IMG/VR virus record: IMGVR_UViG_3300035492_000302
Coordinates: 1-36,980 of that record
Length of the DNA stretch: 36,980 nt
Strand: one strand, 5' to 3'
Origin: a virus
The notes beneath the pieces were generated by a model. The model was not told the DNA's origin. It did no database searches and was given only the letters and a program-made list of their open reading frames with translations. Numbering within the stretch: position 1 is the stretch's first letter; the number at the start of each line of letters is the position of its first letter. A program made the translations under genes and the position numbers. Below are positions 33,494-36,980 of the stretch, piece after piece.

Positions 33494-36192
33494 TTGGCTG
33501 TGACTCCCTTCTCAAAGACCCAGCAACGCTCCGATGTGCTGATGTTTTTTAGTTCGCGGGCCTTGATGGCGCTGTTGACGACTTTCTGGCCCATGTAGCG
33601 ATGGCGCTTGCTGGTTTTGAGCAAGGCCTTGAGTTCGCGCAGCGGTGGCATTTGTTGTTTGTGCTCGATGGCCACCTGCAGCACGTGGTTCAGGTTCAGG
33701 GCGATTTCCTGCGGGCTGCGGGCGTGGTTAAGCGTGGGCTTTTCTTCGTCACCGTTCAGGTAGTAGTACATGTCCCAGAACTCTTGCACCATGGGGTGAT
33801 CGGAGTCGATGGCTTGCTCGCGCTGCTTGGCCATGGCCAGGATTTGCAGCCGCAGTTGCTGGTGCTGTTCGTCGCTGAGGCGAACGACCAGGCGCAGCGC
33901 GTCGGCCAGCGCCAGCAGCTGGCCATGGCATTTGGCGATACGTACGGTGCGGATCTCGGGATCTTGCAGCAGCTGGCGCTCGTACATGGGCGCTTTTTCG
34001 TCGACCAGTTCTAGTATCTGGGCCTCACGCAAGGTGGCCGCCAGAATGAAGCCCGAAACCGTATCCATGGGCATGCGTTCGAGCAGCTTGGCTGCCTCGG
34101 CGGTGTCGCGGCTTTGTGTGGAACGGTCAAAGTACAGATGCACGATACGCGTCATGACCGCATCGGAGGCCGAAACAGGGTTGTTCTGGCTGATAACGAT
34201 AGCCCCGCGAAAGGGCGGCTCGTAGGTTTCGTTGCCGCCGTTGGCTACGCCACGGCTGCGCACGCTGCGCCCGTTATAAGCGGTTTTCAGCTCGTCCCAG
34301 TCAAAGGCGCGCACCTTGGGGTTGTTCTCGCCGGTTTGCTCACGGTCTGACTCGATCAGTACGACCGGCATGCCCGAGACCTGGGCAAAGTTGCGCGCCC
34401 GGGCTGCGGCCGTGGATTTTGACGGGTCAAAGCCTTCGTAGTCTTGCCGACCGAACAGCTTCCACATGAATTCGATCAGCGTGGTTTTGCCTGACCCGGC
34501 CTCCCCTACGATCTCAAGGAAAGGGAACGATTTCTGGCTGGCGCGGATCTGCTCGGCAAACAGGCTGCCAAACCAGAACGTGAGCGCGGCCAGCCCTTTA
34601 GCACCAAAGGCACTGGCCATCGGTTCGATCCAGCCACGGTCGTATTCGGTGCGATCGTCGTTGATCTGCAGGTTGACCGACTGGCTGAGCGTCTTGACCG
34701 AGAGCTTGCCCATGTCGAAATAGTCTTCGTCGTTGATCTTGTGCACCTTGCCCTTGGCCACCGCGAGCTTGCCCAGGATGTAGCAGCCGTACTCGCGGCT
34801 GTAGCCGGTGTAGTCGACGGTTTCGACCTGTTTGATGGCGTACAGCTGGCGCTCCAGGGCGCGATCAAGGTGCATGTTCGAGCCCGAATACATGGCCCCA
34901 GGCGCGATGGCCAGCAGGCGTTTTTTGAATTCCGAGGCGCTGGACAGCTGCGCGCTGGTGAAGGTGTTCTTGACGGCGCCGCCGTCGTGGGGGAATTCCA
35001 CCCGGAAGTAGTACCAGGACTCGTCGGTAATGCGGTTGGCCTGGTAGTACAACGGGTAAGGGTGGCAGTTGGCGATTTGCCGGATGCCGCCCGATTCTTG
35101 CATGGCCTGCTCGCGCAGCTGCTCGGGATCCATGTCGGGGTGCTCTTCGGCGATGCGGTCAAGCGCCCGGTGATAGGCATCGACGTTCAGGCTGAACCAG
35201 TACAGCCGACGGCCGAACTCAAATTCAAATTCGCTGCGTTTGGGGTTGTGGCCATACATGAGCATGGCTTTCTCGGTGGCCGTCTGGGCCATGAGCAGCG
35301 CACCGTTATACAGATAGTCTTTCAGGCCTTCGGTGCCTAGCCTGTGCTTGGTGGCGTCGGGCTCGGACCGATCGAGCATGTGCAGGTCGTTCCAGTCTTG
35401 CTTGCGCTGACCCTGCTGGCCAATGAACGCGGCCTTGGCTGGCCAGCCGTCGGTGCGGGCGCGTGTAACGTGCTTGCGCATGTAGTCGCGCCCTGCTTTG
35501 TCGCCGTCGTATGCAAAAACGAGTTTGACCGGGTTGCCGCCGCGTTCTTCGAGCAGCTTGGCCAAGGCCTCGTGCGGGTAGTTGCTGCAGCTGATGTTGG
35601 CCGCCGCTGCCACACCGTGGTGCCACAGCGCGATGGCATCAAAGATGCCTTCGACCAGCCACAGCTCTTCGGTCTGCGTCAGATCCAGGCCAGGCGGCGT
35701 CCACCACTGGCCACGAAAGGTGCCCCCGCGCTGGATGTGCGCTTTCATCTTGCCAAAGCGCTCGGGCTGGTCGATCAAGCGCTCCCACCAGGTGTTGGCC
35801 ACTTTGAAGCGCACGGTGGCCGAACCGATCTGGCGTGCCGGGTCGAAAAAGTTCTCTTGGGTGTAGGCCCCGCGCAGGCGGGCGATGTCAAAGCCCCGGC
35901 CGATGGCCAGATAGGCATCGGCAGCGGCGTTGGGGTTGGTGGTTTGTTCGGTGGCGTAGCGCTTGGACCAGTTTTCAAACAGGTCGGGGTACAGCTCTTT
36001 AACGTGGGCCTCGTAGCCGCAGTTATTCAAGCGACCACATTTGACCACCCAGGGCGATTCGGCATGCGTCCAGAGCTCTTTCTTGCGGCACGATGGGCAG
36101 ATGCCCCCGCGCAGGTAGCCGGCGCGTTCCTTGAACTCGAATTCGGTCAGGCGGTCGCTGAGCTCTTTCAAAAGGGCGTCATTCATGCTCAT
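33490..36192 (-). CDS. Primase-helicase (P4 alpha-like replication protein)
   Basis: I chose M53 of ORF 33490..36348. Motifs: Zn ribbon CPSC...CGRLNNC; TOPRIM-like LVEGIFDAIAL and YDGDKAGRD; Walker A GEAGSGKTT. Confidence 0.85.
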   Translation of the reverse strand: MSMNDALLKELSDRLTEFEFKERAGYLRGGICPSCRKKELWTHAESPWVVKCGRLNNCGYEAHVKELYPDLFENWSKRYATEQTTNPNAAADAYLAIGRGFDIARLRGAYTQENFFDPARQIGSATVRFKVANTWWERLIDQPERFGKMKAHIQRGGTFRGQWWTPPGLDLTQTEELWLVEGIFDAIALWHHGVAAAANISCSNYPHEALAKLLEERGGNPVKLVFAYDGDKAGRDYMRKHVTRARTDGWPAKAAFIGQQGQRKQDWNDLHMLDRSEPDATKHRLGTEGLKDYLYNGALLMAQTATEKAMLMYGHNPKRSEFEFEFGRRLYWFSLNVDAYHRALDRIAEEHPDMDPEQLREQAMQESGGIRQIANCHPYPLYYQANRITDESWYYFRVEFPHDGGAVKNTFTSAQLSSASEFKKRLLAIAPGAMYSGSNMHLDRALERQLYAIKQVETVDYTGYSREYGCYILGKLAVAKGKVHKINDEDYFDMGKLSVKTLSQSVNLQINDDRTEYDRGWIEPMASAFGAKGLAALTFWFGSLFAEQIRASQKSFPFLEIVGEAGSGKTTLIEFMWKLFGRQDYEGFDPSKSTAAARARNFAQVSGMPVVLIESDREQTGENNPKVRAFDWDELKTAYNGRSVRSRGVANGGNETYEPPFRGAIVISQNNPVSASDAVMTRIVHLYFDRSTQSRDTAEAAKLLERMPMDTVSGFILAATLREAQILELVDEKAPMYERQLLQDPEIRTVRIAKCHGQLLALADALRLVVRLSDEQHQQLRLQILAMAKQREQAIDSDHPMVQEFWDMYYYLNGDEEKPTLNHARSPQEIALNLNHVLQVAIEHKQQMPPLRELKALLKTSKRHRYMGQKVVNSAIKARELKNISTSERCWVFEKGVTAK

Positions 36193-36436
36193 GCCTGCCC
36201 CCGTTGATCTGGGCCAGGTACAGCGCCTCGGCTTGTTCCTGGGCGGCTTTGACGCGGGCAGCCTGGTTGGCCAGCACGATGCCCAGGCTTTCGAGCCTGA
36301 TGCCGTCTGCGGCCGCGCTCTGGCCGCCGGCATTGGCCAGTTCGGCAATCAGGCGCAGTTCGTGGTGAAGGGTGTAAAGGTTCTGTTCGAGCGTGTGCAG
36401 CTCGTGCGCGAGCGCGCTGGGGTGTTTACCAGTCAT
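36179..36436 (-). CDS. Small coiled-coil leader protein, translationally coupled to the primase gene
   Basis: 85 aa with an AAGGAG SD. Its 3' end overlaps the primase start by 14 nt. Confidence 0.55.
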   Translation of the reverse strand: MTGKHPSALAHELHTLEQNLYTLHHELRLIAELANAGGQSAAADGIRLESLGIVLANQAARVKAAQEQAEALYLAQINGGRHEHE

Positions 36437-36442
36437 GACTGA

Positions 36443-36719
36443 CTCCTTTTGTCGTGGTAGGAGTCCACCGCCTCGCTGCTAAACGGGGTGGGCGGACACA
36501 TGCGGGTTAGCAGACCGGGACAAAGGAACCGGCAGGGGCTTGCGCCCCTCCCGCACGGCCCGCCCATAGAGGGTGCCATGCTGCTGCGCACAGACGAAAA
36601 GAAAGCCGCGTGAACGGGATTTTGGCGGCTGTGCGCCTTTGTCATCCGGGCTGCTAAACCCGTGCGCTGGTTGTTTGCCAGCACAGGGGAAGTATAGCCC
36701 GGATGTAGCGGTTGGTGAA
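36443..36719 (-). promoter_or_regulatory. Primase-operon leader: promoter, a1/b1, hairpin plus U-run, c4-like core, a2/b2 over the SD
   Basis: Elements in minus-strand order: promoter TTCACC-17-TATACT (36719->36691); a1 at 36662->36648; b1 GACAAAGG at 36643->36636; hairpin 36630->36604 followed by UUCUUUU; a2 at 36488->36475; b2 GACAAAAGG at 36453->36445, overlapping the SD at 36448->36443. Confidence 0.65.
36488..36569 (-). ncRNA. c4/CI-type antisense RNA core, copy 2
   Basis: The ~82-nt core folds into four elements: P1 GGGCGG/CCGCCC, P2 UGCGGG/CCCGCA, hairpin AGGGGC-GCAA-GCCCCU and hairpin CCGG-UUCCUUUGUC-CCGG. It carries b' (CCUUUGUC) and a' (CUGCUAACCCG). Confidence 0.7.
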
Positions 36720-36735
36720 GGGTGTGATGCACGGG

Positions 36736-36980
36736 TCAAGCCTCCAGTGGCAGTTCCGTCTGGCCAGACAGCGGCACAGGCACACCCATTTCTGCATAGA
36801 TTTGGTGTATCAGTGTGGTTAGCGAGGCCCGCTCGCGCGGGCAGCTCGTATGGCCGCGCATCTTGCTCAGCGCCAGCAGATCATGAAGCGTTGATTTTTT
36901 GACGGCGGCACCCTTGGTTTCGTAGTCGTGCAGGGCATCGGCCCATTCCTTGATCTTGACGACCAGACGATCTGCGGCGT
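36736..36980 (-). CDS. C-terminal part of the junction-spanning P22 Ant N-like gene (same gene as 1..452)
   Basis: The frame continues from position 1 through 36853 to the TGA at 36738->36736: ...MRGHTSCPRERASLTTLIHQIYAEMGVPVPLSGQTELPLEA. The full gene is 570 nt (189 aa). Confidence 0.6.
   Translation of the reverse strand, partial: AADRLVVKIKEWADALHDYETKGAAVKKSTLHDLLALSKMRGHTSCPRERASLTTLIHQIYAEMGVPVPLSGQTELPLEA
36854..36980. repeat. Terminal overlap, right copy (identical to 1..127)
   Basis: Same 127-nt string as 1..127. This is consistent with an assembler overlap on a circular molecule. Confidence 0.95.

Larger units (their letters stand above)
1..36853. mobile_element. Complete P2-like temperate myophage genome, circularly closed contig
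   Basis: Full P2-type head, lysis, tail, baseplate and late-control gene order, plus a repressor switch, integrase and attP. The contig ends overlap by 127 identical nt. Confidence 0.85.

Noticed and set aside
36433-36739. ORFs 36433..36732 and 36479..36739 (minus strand) and 36573..36902 (plus strand)
   Set aside because: The reasoning is the same as for the copy-1 leader. These ORFs overlap the structured RNA core and its target boxes and show no SD or start context.

Overview
The window is a circularly closed contig. Its first 127 nt are identical to its last 127 nt, so the unique length is 36,853 bp, and it is GC-rich by eye. It carries a complete P2-like temperate myophage genome. All calls come from reading the sequence and ORF track and from remembered family motifs; no database search was run.

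Layout:
- Structural genes: Q and P lie on the + strand. On the - strand, in order, are O-N-M-L-X, a lysis cassette (holin, putative endolysin, Rz with embedded Rz1), R-S, V-W-J-I, tail-fibre genes, then FI-FII-E/E+E'-T-U-D.
- Diversity-generating retroelement (DGR): a complete cassette sits between the fibre genes and the sheath gene. It comprises an FGE/C-type-lectin-like target protein with a C-terminal variable repeat (VR), avd, the template repeat (TR) and the reverse transcriptase (RT). All 12 internal TR/VR mismatches fall on TR adenines.
- Lysogeny switch (about 2.2-3.0 kb): an XRE-type repressor is divergent from an early operon of an RHH protein, Ogr, hypotheticals and P22-Ant-N-like paralogs. 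Through the contig junction this operon runs into a primase-helicase operon, accessory genes, a Xis-like gene and a tyrosine integrase. Next to the integrase is an attP carrying the 3' part of a tRNA-Arg(ACG).

Most unusual signal: two paralogous structured-RNA leader modules with the P1 c4 / P4 CI antisense-RNA architecture (a1b1 - core with a'b' - a2b2 over the Shine-Dalgarno, SD). One lies upstream of a BRO-N antirepressor, the other upstream of the primase operon. Compensatory changes between them imply two orthogonal specificities.

No rRNA, CRISPR array or IS element was seen, and the cos site could not be located.
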